Assembly (NCBI GenBank): GCA_963756925.1
Contig: CAVWPL010000006.1
Coordinates: 38,020-102,019 of the forward strand
Origin: an uncultured Actinomycetes bacterium
GTDB lineage: Bacteria; Actinomycetota; Thermoleophilia; Gaiellales; Gaiellaceae
DNA length: 64,000 bases
Direction: 5' to 3'
A program made the position numbers and the translations under genes. This document shows, in pieces, positions 20,257 to 29,983 of this stretch. Numbering within the stretch: the stretch's first letter is position 1; every line of letters begins with the position of its first letter. The notes under the pieces are model-generated. The model ran no database searches. It was not told the DNA's origin and was given only the letters and a program-made list of their open reading frames with translations.

Positions 20257-20598
20257 TTAGGGCTCCCACTCTTCGCCGCGAGTGTCCCATCCGATCAGGA
20301 CATGCGCGGATACGACGAGGGCGACTTGGGTGAGAAACGCAGCTTCTGCATCTCCGTCGACCCAGAGCTCGCCGACGATCGCACCCTGGAAGACCACTGG
20401 CGTTCGCGTGCGTCGCGGCTCGTCAGGCTCCCCCGCGTGCGGTCCGACAACGAGCTCGCCGTCCTCGAAGAACGCGACTCCTGCCCAGGAGATGCCGGGC
20501 TCCTCGACGAGCACTTGAACGGTCGAGCGGAGAACGTCATCCGCGTCGCCGCCGCGATTGAGTATTCGATCCAGGGCTTCGAGTGCTCGGGTGCTCAC
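20257..20598 (-). CDS. small GAF-like domain protein, hypothetical
   Basis: 113-aa ORF (ISWAGVAFFEDGELVVGPHAGEP...VVFQGAIVGELWVDG), resembling a minimal GAF fold. Its start lies 2 nt downstream of the upstream thioesterase gene's stop (20603). Confidence 0.45.
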   Translation of the reverse strand: MSTRALEALDRILNRGGDADDVLRSTVQVLVEEPGISWAGVAFFEDGELVVGPHAGEPDEPRRTRTPVVFQGAIVGELWVDGDAEAAFLTQVALVVSAHVLIGWDTRGEEWEP

Positions 20599-20602
20599 AA
20601 CG

Positions 20603-21061
20603 TCACTCTTCGAGATCGGCGCGTTCGAACTCGCGGATCAACGCTCGAAACGTCTCGGTGATCGGGGTCGGGCGACGCTGCGCGTAGTCGACGAGGACGA
20701 GCGTCTGCGTCGCCTGAACGAGGAGGATGTCGTCCCGAAGACGATGTGCCGCGAACTCGTAGGTGACGCTCGTCCGGCCGATTCGCGAGATGCGCACGAA
20801 CGCCTCGATCAGGTCGTCGAAGCGGGCCGGGGCGAGGTAGTCGACGTGTGATGCTCGCATGACGAACTCGGAGTCCTCGAGCTGCGCATCGCCGAGGTGG
20901 CGGTGGTACTCCGTCCTCGCATGATCGAAGTAGGGCAGGTAGCGACCGTAGTAGACGACGCCCTGCGCGTCGGTGTCCGAGAACCAGACCCGTGCGAAGG
21001 CTGCGTATTTAAAGGGTGCCCGTCGCTCGGTGACATGACCGAGCTCGAGCGGATCGCTCAC
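20603..21061 (-). CDS. acyl-CoA thioesterase, 4HBT/YbgC family
   Basis: 152-aa ORF with the hot-dog fold signature VWFSDTDAQGVVYYGRYLPYFDHARTEYHRHLG. It overlaps the stop of the upstream phosphomannomutase gene by 4 nt. Confidence 0.8.
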   Translation of the reverse strand: MSDPLELGHVTERRAPFKYAAFARVWFSDTDAQGVVYYGRYLPYFDHARTEYHRHLGDAQLEDSEFVMRASHVDYLAPARFDDLIEAFVRISRIGRTSVTYEFAAHRLRDDILLVQATQTLVLVDYAQRRPTPITETFRALIREFERADLEE

Positions 21062-22422
21062 GTCGCATCCCGAGTGCGAATAACCGACAGGACCTCGTCG
21101 CGCCTCTCTTCCATCAATGCGTGCGAGAGCGCCTCGAGATTCAACCGGAGGAGCGGCTCCGTGTTGGACGGGCGGACGTTGAAGTGCCAGTCGTCGAACT
21201 CCACGGAAAGCCCGTCGAGGTGCGAGATCCTTGCCCCCTCGGCCGTGTAGCGCTCCTTCAGCTCCTGGAGCACGAGCGCGACGTCCGCGACAGGAGTGTT
21301 GATCTCTCCCGTCAGGTGGTAGGCGCTTCGCAACGGGGCGAGGATCTCCGAGAACGTGCGCTCCGACCGCGAGAGCAGCTCGAGCACGAGCAGGAACGGG
21401 ACGACGCCCGAGTCCGCCTGCGAGAAGTCGCGGAAGTAGTAGTGCGCCGAGACCTCCCCTGCGAACGCCGCGCCCTCCTTCCGCATCCGGTGCTTGATGA
21501 AGGCATGGCCCACACGGTTGACGAGCGGCACACCGCCGGCCGCCTCGATCGCCTTCGGAACGGCCCAGCTCGCCCTCACGTCGTAGATCACCTTCGCGCC
21601 TCGCTCCGGCTCCTTCGAAAGCATCGACTGCGCGAGGAGGGCTGTGACGAAGTCGCCCGGGACGAACTCACCGGAGTCGTCGACGAAGAAGCAGCGATCC
21701 GCATCACCGTCGTAGGCCACGCCCAGGTCGGCCTGGCGAGCGCGTGTCTCCCGAACGATGAACTCGCGGTTTTCGGGGAGCAGCGGATTGGGCTCGTGAT
21801 TCGGGAAGGTGCCGTCGGGCTCGAAGTTGCAGCGCGCGACGTCGAGTTGCGGCAAGCGCTGGAGCACCGGACGGAGCATGACGCCGGCCATTCCGTTCGC
21901 CGCGTCGACGACGACGCTCAGCGGCCGGATCTCACTTGGCTCGACGAACGAGAGGACCTTGTCCACGAATCCCGGCCAGATGTCCTCCACCCGAACTTCC
22001 CCGCGACGTGCTGGTGGCTGAGCCTCGGCGAACGCGCGATCGCGGATCTCAGCAAGACCCGAATCGCCTCCGACGGGCAACGCCCCACGGCGAACGAGCT
22101 TCATCCCCGTGTACTCCTTCGGGTTGTGCGACGCCGTGACGCAGATACCGCCGTCGAGCCCGAGTGCGTCGACCGCGAAGTACATCATCTCCGTACCAAC
22201 GAGCCCGATGTCCACGACGTCGGCACCGGCGTCGGCGACGCCGCTCGTCAGTGCGGCGGCCATCGCCGGCGAGGAGACTCTCATGTCGCGTCCGACAGCG
22301 ATCGAACGTGGCTCGAAGTGCTCCACATAGCCACGTCCGATTCGGTACGCGCCGTCTTCGTCGAGCTCCCTCAGGTACAGGCCGCGGACGTCGTACGCCT
22401 TGAAAACCTTGGGGTCGAGCAC
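21058..22422 (-). CDS. phosphomannomutase/phosphoglucomutase
   Basis: 454-aa ORF with FKAYDVRG, active-site loop TASHNPKEYTGMK, metal loop YDGDADRCFFVD, and GEVSAHYYF. Confidence 0.9.
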   Translation of the reverse strand: MLDPKVFKAYDVRGLYLRELDEDGAYRIGRGYVEHFEPRSIAVGRDMRVSSPAMAAALTSGVADAGADVVDIGLVGTEMMYFAVDALGLDGGICVTASHNPKEYTGMKLVRRGALPVGGDSGLAEIRDRAFAEAQPPARRGEVRVEDIWPGFVDKVLSFVEPSEIRPLSVVVDAANGMAGVMLRPVLQRLPQLDVARCNFEPDGTFPNHEPNPLLPENREFIVRETRARQADLGVAYDGDADRCFFVDDSGEFVPGDFVTALLAQSMLSKEPERGAKVIYDVRASWAVPKAIEAAGGVPLVNRVGHAFIKHRMRKEGAAFAGEVSAHYYFRDFSQADSGVVPFLLVLELLSRSERTFSEILAPLRSAYHLTGEINTPVADVALVLQELKERYTAEGARISHLDGLSVEFDDWHFNVRPSNTEPLLRLNLEALSHALMEERRDEVLSVIRTRDAT

Positions 22423-22428
22423 GATCTG

Positions 22429-22434
22429 ATGCTA
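22429..22434 (-). promoter_or_regulatory. putative -10 hexamer TAGCAT, 6 nt upstream of the phosphomannomutase GTG (leaderless-type)
   Basis: The minus strand reads TAGCAT-CAGATC-GTG. The plus-strand atgcta is at 22429-22434 and the start codon at 22420-22422. Confidence 0.4.
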
Positions 22435-22586
22435 GATGGTGATCGCCAGCTCCTCGCGGGTACGGCTGACTCGCCGAGATCCTCGCAAGAGACTAGACAT
22501 CTCCACAGGTCTCTCCGCGACCCACACTTCGGCGTCGCTCCGGCGATCATGGATCCAGGGATGCTCCCGAGGTCGTGTGGCGTTTC

Positions 22587-22592
22587 TACACT
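22587..22592 (+). promoter_or_regulatory. putative -10 hexamer TACACT, 6 nt upstream of the cyclase ATG (leaderless-type)
   Basis: TACACT at 22587-22592, spacer tcaggc, ATG at 22599. Confidence 0.4.
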
Positions 22593-22598
22593 TCAGGC

Positions 22599-25500
22599 AT
22601 GGAGCGAAAGCTTGCGACCGTCCTGTTCATCGACATCGTGAACTCGACGAGCATCGTCACCGGAGCCGATCCGGAGGTCGTGCGGCGTCGTGTGACGCAG
22701 TTCTTCGACACGGTCTCGCACTGCGTGACGTTGCACGGAGGCATCGTCGAGAAGTTCGCCGGCGATGCCGTGCTCGCCGCGTTCGGCATTCCGCAGGCAC
22801 ACGAGGACGACGCCGAGCGAGCCGCAAGAGCGGCGCTCGCAATGCGCACTGCCGTCTCCGAGCTGGGCCTGGAAGCGCGCATCGGAATCGAAGCCGGCGA
22901 GCTGGTGGTCGACGAGTCCGCCGACTCCTCGTTCGTCACGGGTGAAGCCGTGAACATGGCCGCCAGGCTGCAGCAGGCTGCCGCGCCCGGAGAGATCCTC
23001 CTCGGTCCGACCGCACACCGTCTCGCCGCTCCGAGTCTCGTGGTCGAGGACGCCGGGCCGCTCGAGCTTCGCGGGCTCGGCGCGGCGCTCCGCGCCTGGC
23101 GTGTGATCGATGCTCTCGACGGACGGGCACGACCGGTTGGGCCTCGTGCTGCGCTCGTCGGTCGCGAGACGGAGCTCGAACTTCTGGAGAACACGCTTGC
23201 CCGTACCGTCCGCGACGGGCGTTCTCATCTCTTCACGATCTACGGCGAGCCCGGTGTGGGCAAGAGTCGGCTTGCGCGAGAGTTCGTCGACGGCGTCGAG
23301 CGTGCGAGCATCCTGACCGGTCGCTGCCTCCCGTACGGCGAGGGGGTGACGTACTGGCCGCTCGCCGAGATGATCAAGGCCGCAGCGGGTATCTCCGACG
23401 ACGATCCACTCGAAGAGGCGTTCGCGAAGCTGCGGGCATGCTGTGAGGAAGAGACGGTCGCGGATGTGCTCGGGCTTGCTGCCGGAATGCTCGAGGCACT
23501 CGACGGCGAACGAAGCTCGCAGGAGATCGCCTGGGCGGCGCGCGAGGTCATGGAGACACTCGCTGGCGTCCAGCCCCTCGTCCTGCTCTTCGAGGACATC
23601 CACTGGGCCGAGGAGCCCCTGCTCGAGTTGATCGAGCACCTCGCGGACTGGGTGCGGGCGCCGCTCCTCATCGTCTGCCTGGCACGACCCGAGTTGCTCG
23701 ACAACCGCCCGGGATGGGGAGGAGGGCGCGTGCGGTCGACTGCGATCGAGCTGGAGCCGCTCTCCGAGGAGCAGACCGAGCTGCTCGTCGAGAAGCTGCT
23801 CGGGCAGCTCGCGGGGATGTCGGGCGAGCCGCTGCCTGCCTTGCCGAAGGAAGTGCTCGAGCGCGCGGAGGGGAATCCACTGTTCGTCGAGGAGACGATC
23901 CGCATGCTCGTCGAGAGTGACCGCCGCGACGATCCCGATCGGATCCCGGACACCCTGCAGGCGCTCATCGCGGCACGCATCGACCACCTTTCGCCGGCCG
24001 CGAAGACGGTGCTCCAGCGTGCATCCGTGATCGGGCGCGTGTTCTGGGGCGGCGCTATCTCCCATCTCTCTCCCGATCTCGAGGACATCGACGGGCTGCT
24101 CGACGACCTCTTGCTCCGGGAGTTCCTGCTGCGCGAGCCGCGCTCGTCGATCTCGGGCGAGTCGGCATATCGGTTCAAGCATCTCCTCATCAGAGAGGTC
24201 GCATACACAGGGCTCGCGAAGCTCGCTCGCGCGCACCACCATGCCCGGTTCGCCGAGTGGCTCGGGGAGCGCGCGGGTGAAGAGCTGCTCGAGATCCGCG
24301 CGTACCACCTCGATCAGTCAGTCGGGCTGCTGACCGAGCTCGAGGGCGCCGCGCCGGAAGAGCTCACACACGAGACGGCTTCCGCACTTGTGAAGGCCGC
24401 GAAGCGTGCGATCGCGCGGGAGGCGTACGGAACCGCGCGAAAGCTCGGCCTGCGTGCGCTCGAGCTTCGCCCGACGTTGGGCGCCCGGTACGTCGCTGCA
24501 CGAGCGGCATGGCGGATGAACGACTTTGCGACCGTCGAGGTCGAGATGACGAAGGTGCGCGACCTCGCTCATGAACAGGACGAGCCCGTGGTCGAGGCGC
24601 TCGCACTCACCGCGCTCGGCGAGGCAATGCTGCGGCGAGAGGGCGACCCCGCGCGCGCACAGCGGTTCGTCGACGATGCGCTTGCCCTCCTGGAGAACCA
24701 GGACGACGCCACCGCCCAGTTCGATGCACGCGTCGCCGCGGCGTCCATCGGCGCCTGGCGCGGGGACATGGACGCGGCAATCAGGCACATGGAACGGGCG
24801 TACGCGATCGGTGTCGACGCGCGCCGCAAGGATCTCCAGACCATCGCGGCTCAGGCACTCGCGCAGACCCACATCATCCGACTCGAACTCGACGAAGCCG
24901 AGATGCTGCTCACGCGAGCGCTCGAGCTTGCCGGGGAGAGCGGGAGCGTGCTCGCGCGACTGGGGACGACCCTCTCGTACGGCTGGTTCCTGATGGTCAA
25001 GGGCGAGCTCGACGCGGCCGAGACCGTGTCTGAGGAGGTGCGGGCGACGGCGGCTGAGCTCGGTCGGGACTCGACCGTCGCCGCTGCTGTCTTTCAGCTC
25101 GGTCAGCTCGCTCGCCGCAAGGGAGATCACAAGCGCGCCGAGAAGCTCTTCGGCGAAGCGGTCCGCATCACCGCCGCTCGTGGCGACAGAGGGTTCCTGC
25201 CAGAGCGTCAGGCCTTCGCTGCGTTGGCGCTCGTCGACGCGGGCAAGATCGACGAGGCCGAGCGTCTTGCGCTCGAGGCTCGGGCAAGCATCGGTCGCGA
25301 GGACCCGGGCGCCGTCGTGTACACGGGCCTTGCAGTCGGTGCCGTGCGTGCAGCACAGGGCCGCGACGACGAAGCGGAAGAGCACTTCCGAACCGCCCTG
25401 GCGCTGGCCGAGGAGGGTGGGTTCAAGGTGGTCGAGATCGAGCCACTCGAGCTCCTCGTCCGGTTCATGCGCGAGCGCGGGCGGAGCAACGAGGCTGCTT

Positions 25501-25640
25501 CGTACGAGGAGCGGCTTGCCGAGCTCAGTCCGGTGGCGAGTGTGTCCGGAGCCGACATCGACCTCACACGACGAGGCCATCGCCTAGCAGCACGGCGCGG
25601 ATCGCCTGACTCGACTGTTCGTCGGGCGACTCGGAGATGA
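22599..25640 (+). CDS. class III adenylate/guanylate cyclase fused to AAA/STAND ATPase and TPR-like repeats
   Basis: Cyclase domain: KLATVLFIDIVNSTS...GGIVEKFAGDAVLAAFG...IGIEAGELV. P-loop: IYGEPGVGKSRLARE. A long C-terminal helical repeat region follows. No LuxR HTH seen at the end. The last 77 nt overlap the convergent gene. Confidence 0.85.
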   Translation: MERKLATVLFIDIVNSTSIVTGADPEVVRRRVTQFFDTVSHCVTLHGGIVEKFAGDAVLAAFGIPQAHEDDAERAARAALAMRTAVSELGLEARIGIEAGELVVDESADSSFVTGEAVNMAARLQQAAAPGEILLGPTAHRLAAPSLVVEDAGPLELRGLGAALRAWRVIDALDGRARPVGPRAALVGRETELELLENTLARTVRDGRSHLFTIYGEPGVGKSRLAREFVDGVERASILTGRCLPYGEGVTYWPLAEMIKAAAGISDDDPLEEAFAKLRACCEEETVADVLGLAAGMLEALDGERSSQEIAWAAREVMETLAGVQPLVLLFEDIHWAEEPLLELIEHLADWVRAPLLIVCLARPELLDNRPGWGGGRVRSTAIELEPLSEEQTELLVEKLLGQLAGMSGEPLPALPKEVLERAEGNPLFVEETIRMLVESDRRDDPDRIPDTLQALIAARIDHLSPAAKTVLQRASVIGRVFWGGAISHLSPDLEDIDGLLDDLLLREFLLREPRSSISGESAYRFKHLLIREVAYTGLAKLARAHHHARFAEWLGERAGEELLEIRAYHLDQSVGLLTELEGAAPEELTHETASALVKAAKRAIAREAYGTARKLGLRALELRPTLGARYVAARAAWRMNDFATVEVEMTKVRDLAHEQDEPVVEALALTALGEAMLRREGDPARAQRFVDDALALLENQDDATAQFDARVAAASIGAWRGDMDAAIRHMERAYAIGVDARRKDLQTIAAQALAQTHIIRLELDEAEMLLTRALELAGESGSVLARLGTTLSYGWFLMVKGELDAAETVSEEVRATAAELGRDSTVAAAVFQLGQLARRKGDHKRAEKLFGEAVRITAARGDRGFLPERQAFAALALVDAGKIDEAERLALEARASIGREDPGAVVYTGLAVGAVRAAQGRDDEAEEHFRTALALAEEGGFKVVEIEPLELLVRFMRERGRSNEAASYEERLAELSPVASVSGADIDLTRRGHRLAARRGSPDSTVRRATRR

Positions 25641-26398
25641 GCGTCGTCGGCCGCTCGAACCGAGCAAGCGCGTCACGCAATGGTTCGGCTCGAAGCGTTC
25701 CATCGCCATACGGCAGGTGCTTCGTCTCGTTCCGGTTCGCGAACGCGATATCCGAGAAGTGGATGTGGAAGGGCACGCCGGGTTCGAGAACCTCGTCGGT
25801 AGCCGTGAGTGCCTCTATGAACGGCTCGGCGCTCGATGAATGCCCCATCGCTCGTGGCATGCATGTGCGCGAAATCGAGAACGGGGCGTACCCAGCCGGT
25901 TCGGCGCGAGATCTCGAGAACGTCGTCGAGTGAGCCGAAGTCGCGAACGCGACCCATCACCTCGACGCCGAAGGGAACGGCACGATCCTTTCCCTCGAGG
26001 CGTTCGCGGAGCGTCCCGAGCTGATCCACGACCGCGTCGAGGGCCGCCTCGCGGCTTCGTTCCAGCAGGAAGCCAGGGTGGAAGACCACCACCTCGGCCC
26101 CGCTCGCCGCAGCGATGCCAGCGCTCCGGTCGAGCGCGCCGACCGCCGACGCGAACTTTCGGCCGCTCGGCTCGACGTGACCCATGAACCCGAACAACGG
26201 CGCATGGACGGAGAGCGCGATGTCGCTCTCGCGGGCGAGGTCGCCGAGTCGTTCGGCGAACGGGTAGTCCATCCAGAAGCCACTCTCGAAGTCGATCTCG
26301 CAAGCGGCATAGCCGCGCTCGATCAGGAGGTCGATCGCGTGCTCCGGCGACTCTCGTGCCGGCAGGCGAGCCGGACCCACACGGACGATCATGGACAC
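25564..26398 (-). CDS. sugar phosphate isomerase/epimerase-like TIM-barrel protein (xylose isomerase-like fold), frame broken near 25835
   Basis: ORF 25673..26398 (AIDLLIERGYAACEIDFESGFW...LSVHAPLFGF...VVVFHPGF...DFAHMHATSDGAF) continues in ORF 25564..25860 (AEPFIEALTATDEVLEPGVPFHIHFSDI...). Confidence 0.7.
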
Positions 26399-26436
26399 GG
26401 CACCATGCTAGTAGCCGCATGTGATTGGCTCCCCGC

Positions 26437-26863
26437 ATGAAGGCGACCATGCTTCTGGCCGACTACGCCGTCGTCTCGGACGGGAAGCTGACGATCGTCG
26501 GAGGCGGGTGGTCGCAGACCGGGCCCGGAGCCTGCGTCGTTCGGGATCGGGCTCTTGATCCAGGTGCCGTGGGATCAGGCGAATACGCCGCATGCGTTCA
26601 CGGTCGAGCTCCTGGATGCCGACGGTGCCGCCGTCGTTCTCGAGACGCCCGAGGACGAGGAGCAGGCCGTTGCGTTCGGCGGCGAGTTCGAGGTTGGTCG
26701 GCCTCCCGGTCTCAAGCCGGGAACTCCGCTCGATTTTCCCGTTGCGATGAACTCGACCCCGCTTCCACTCGAGCCCGGGCGCTATGAGTGGAGGCTCACG
26801 ATCGACAAGGAAGACCGGCAGGACTGGAGCCTTCCGTTCACGGTGCTGGGCGAGGAGGCGTAG
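26437..26863 (+). CDS. hypothetical protein (frame broken near 26530)
   Basis: MKATMLLADYAVVSDGKLTIVGGGWSQTGPG (frame of 26425) joins PASFGIGLLIQVPWDQANTPHAFTVELLDADG...GRYEWRLTIDKEDRQDWSLPFTV (ORF 26555..26863). Confidence 0.5.
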
Positions 26864-26913
26864 CGCGCTGATCTTCGGTCGGGTTCGTCCGATCGGGAAC
26901 GTACGCTCGAAAC

Positions 26914-27162
26914 GTGTCCCAAGTCCCCACTCGTATCGATCTGCTCGAGCTCGACATCGACGTCCGGCTCTCCGATCTCTGGCGTGAGGCGGTCGACGTG
27001 AGCGACTGGAACCTCGAGGTTGTCGCGGCGTTCATCCGCGCGGCCTATGGAAAGGGGTACTGCGACGCGTTGACCGAGGAATCGCCCGGCGCGCTCTGTC
27101 TGGAGCACGGGTATCGCATGCCCGAGCGCCCAGTGTCCATTCCCCGTCGCGAAGCGGCGTAG
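26914..27162 (+). CDS. hypothetical small protein
   Basis: 82-aa ORF with plausible composition. No family recognised. Confidence 0.3.
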   Translation: MSQVPTRIDLLELDIDVRLSDLWREAVDVSDWNLEVVAAFIRAAYGKGYCDALTEESPGALCLEHGYRMPERPVSIPRREAA

Positions 27163-27229
27163 CGCTTCTTCGGCCGCCCGGTCGGCCGGTTAGCGAGCCC
27201 TTCCGGAGAGCAGCGCCTTCCCACCCGAC

Positions 27230-27235
27230 TACACT
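27230..27235 (+). promoter_or_regulatory. putative -10 hexamer TACACT, 7 nt upstream of the ccmE GTG (leaderless-type)
   Basis: TACACT at 27230-27235, spacer ttcccgc, GTG at 27243. Confidence 0.4.
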
Positions 27236-27242
27236 TTCCCGC

Positions 27243-27653
27243 GTGGCACGCAAGGCCAGCCCTGCGCGGCTCGTGATCGCGCTGTCGGTCGCGGCGGTGC
27301 TCGCTGTCTTTCTGCTGTACACGTCGATCGCAGGCGGCGGGAACCCGTCGATCGCGCCGAGTGCACTCAAAGGACGAACGGCAAAGGTCCAGCTTGCCGG
27401 AGTCGTCGTGGGTCCGGTAGCGGGCGACTCACATGCCGCGGGACTGCGCTTCCGCATGCGTGATATCGGTGGTGATGCGCGGACGGATGTTCCGGTGCGC
27501 TACAGCGGATCGGTACCGGATCTCTTCAAGGCGGGGCGTCAGATCGTGGTCGTCGGACGCCTTCGAGGAGGCGTTTTCGTCGCCGAGCCGGGGTCGATGA
27601 TCACCAAGTGCCCGTCCAAGTACGCACCGAAGAAGAGCGGCGACCCGTCGTGA
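27243..27653 (+). CDS. ccmE: cytochrome c maturation heme chaperone CcmE, CxxxY variant
   Basis: N-terminal anchor: LVIALSVAAVLAVFLLY. OB-fold core: VQLAGVVVG...VPVRYSGSVPDLFKAGRQIVVVGRL. The heme-binding position reads ITKCPSKY instead of the canonical AKHDENY. Confidence 0.8.
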   Translation: MARKASPARLVIALSVAAVLAVFLLYTSIAGGGNPSIAPSALKGRTAKVQLAGVVVGPVAGDSHAAGLRFRMRDIGGDARTDVPVRYSGSVPDLFKAGRQIVVVGRLRGGVFVAEPGSMITKCPSKYAPKKSGDPS

Positions 27654-27676
27654 CGGGTTCCGACTGACGGACCTCC

Positions 27677-29672
27677 ATGGCTGAGCTCGGTCGTGCCGCG
27701 CTCCTCATCACACTCGGTCTCGTCACGTACGCGCTCGTGGCGGGTGCGGCTGCTGCGTATCTCGGTCGCCGGCGACTCGCTGCCTCCGCACAGAACGCGC
27801 TCGTTGCCGCGTTCTTCTCGACGCTGGTCGCCTCCGGCGTGCTCCTGGCAGCGCTCCTGCGACATGACTTCTCGTTCACCTACGTCGCGCGGACGACGAG
27901 CGAAGCCCTTCCGACCGGATACACGATCTCCGCATTCTGGGGAGGACAGGAAGGATCGCTTCTTCTGTGGCTGCTCGTGCTCACCGGCTTTGGCTCGGCG
28001 GCCGTGCGGTTCAACCGACGCTGGGCGCGCGATCTCATCGTCTGGGTCGTGCCCGTGTTCGCTGCGGTTGCGGTGTTCTTCGCATTCCTCGTCGTCGCCG
28101 TGGCGAGCCCGTTTGCGACCCAGCTAGCACCTGCGGACGGCGCGGGCATGACGCCGAGCCTCCAGAACCCGTACATGCTTGCCCACCCACCGCTCCTGTA
28201 CCTCGGCTACGTGGGCCTGACCGTGCCGTTCGCGTTCTGTCTCGGGGCGCTCCTTGCCGGTCGGCCAGACGAGCGCTGGCTCGTTGCGACCCGTCGCTGG
28301 ACACTCTTTGCGTGGTCGGCGCTCGGAATCGGGCAGCTGCTCGGCGCTCACTGGGCGTACGTCGAGGTCGGTTGGGGCGGCTACTACGCGTGGGATCCGG
28401 TCGAGAACGCCGCGCTCATGCCGTGGCTCGCGGCAACGGCTTTCCTGCACTCGGTCATGATCCAGGAGAAGCGCGGAATGCTTCGGGTCTGGAACGTGTT
28501 GCTCGTCATCCTCGCGTTCTCGCTGGCTCTCTTCGGCACGTTCTTGACCCGGTCCGGTGTCGTGAACTCGATCCATTCGTTCACTCAGAGCTCGATCGGC
28601 GCGTGGTTCCTGGGATTCATCGCGCTCGTGATCACCGTTTCCCTCGCGATCGTGTTCATTCGGTTGCCGCTCCTCCGCTCGCCCACGCGGCTCGAGTCAC
28701 CGCATCTCGCGCGAGGCAGCTTTCCTCTACAACAACCTGCTTCTGCTCGCGCTGTGCCTCGCCATCTTCTGGGGGGTCGTGTACCCACTCGTCTCCGAGG
28801 CCGTTCGTGGCGAAGCGGTCGTTCTCGGGCGGTCCTACTACGACTTCTTCCTGAGAATCTTCGGGCTTCCGCTCCTCTTGCTGATGGGGATCGGCCCGCT
28901 GGTCGCCTGGAGGCGAGCGTCGCTCGCGAGCCTCGCGACCACGTTTCGCTGGCCGACCCTCGTCGCGCTCGCGACCGGGGCTGTGCTCGTCGTGCTCGGT
29001 GCCGGGAGCTCGCCTCCCGGGCTCATCGCGTACACGTTCTCGGCCTTCGTGGCGACGACGATATTCATGGAGTTCGCACGCGGTACGCGTGCCAGGAAGG
29101 CTCTAGGAGCCGCTACCTGGCCTCGAGCGTTCTCCGCCCTCTTGGGACGAAACAGGCGACGGTACGGGGGATACGTCGTGCATGCGTCGATCGTGCTGCT
29201 TGCGATCGGGATCGCCGGCTCGAGCGCCTTCGACGAGGTCGCCGAAGCAAGACTCGTACGAGGAGAGTCGATGACCGTCGGCGACTACACGCTGCGGTAT
29301 CGGTCGCTCGACGAGCAGCTTGCGGCGAACGCCACCAAGATTCGTGCGACGCTGGCCGTTACACGCGGCGGTAACGATCTCGGCACGCTCGAGGCGGGAA
29401 AGAACGCGTACACCGTCGAGCAACAGGTCTCCAACGAGGTCGGGATCCGCAGCGACAAGCTGACGGGCGAGGATCTCTTCGTGATCACCGAGCAGATCGA
29501 CCCCGACGGCACTGTCTACTTCCGCGTCTTCGTGAAGCCACTCGTCAATCTCATCTGGCTCGCGGGCGTCGTATTCGTCCTCGGATCCTTGATCGCGCTT
29601 TGGCCGGATGCGCGTGAGCAGCGGCGACTCGTCGAGCGCACGCGCGAGATCGGTCTCCCGGCAACCCGTTGA
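27677..29672 (+). CDS. ccmF: cytochrome c-type biogenesis heme lyase CcmF (frame broken near 28705)
   Basis: Polytopic membrane protein with the WWD motif WGGYYAWDPVENAALMPW. The sequence RLESP... then shifts to SREAAFLYNNLLLLALCLAIFWGVVYPLVSEA (own translation) and continues in ORF 28779..29672. Confidence 0.9.
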
Positions 29673-29983
29673 CCCTGGCGCTCGTTCTGGCCGCGGCGCT
29701 CGCGGTCATCTGTGTCGTCGCGGTAGCGCTGCCGTTCATTCGAGAGCCCGAGCCCGACTCGGATAGCCTGCACGAGCTCGACGAGGGCGAACGACGACGA
29801 CTCGATCTGCTCGAAGCACGCGACCGGTCGCTCGCTGCGCTGAAGGAGCTCGAGTTCGACCACAGGACAAGGACGATCTCCGACGACGACTACCAGTCGC
29901 TTCTCGGCCCGCTACGACGGGAGGCGGCAAGCGCTCTCCGGGCGCTCGAGCGGGAGGGACGTCCGCCGGAGGAGCGAACCTAG
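29669..29983 (+). CDS. small membrane-anchored coiled-coil protein (possible Ccm accessory protein)
   Basis: 104-aa ORF overlapping the ccmF stop. Transmembrane helix LALVLAAALAVICVVAVALPF, then ALKELEFDHRTRTISDDDYQSLL. Family not confidently recognised. Confidence 0.5.
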   Translation: MTLALVLAAALAVICVVAVALPFIREPEPDSDSLHELDEGERRRLDLLEARDRSLAALKELEFDHRTRTISDDDYQSLLGPLRREAASALRALEREGRPPEERT

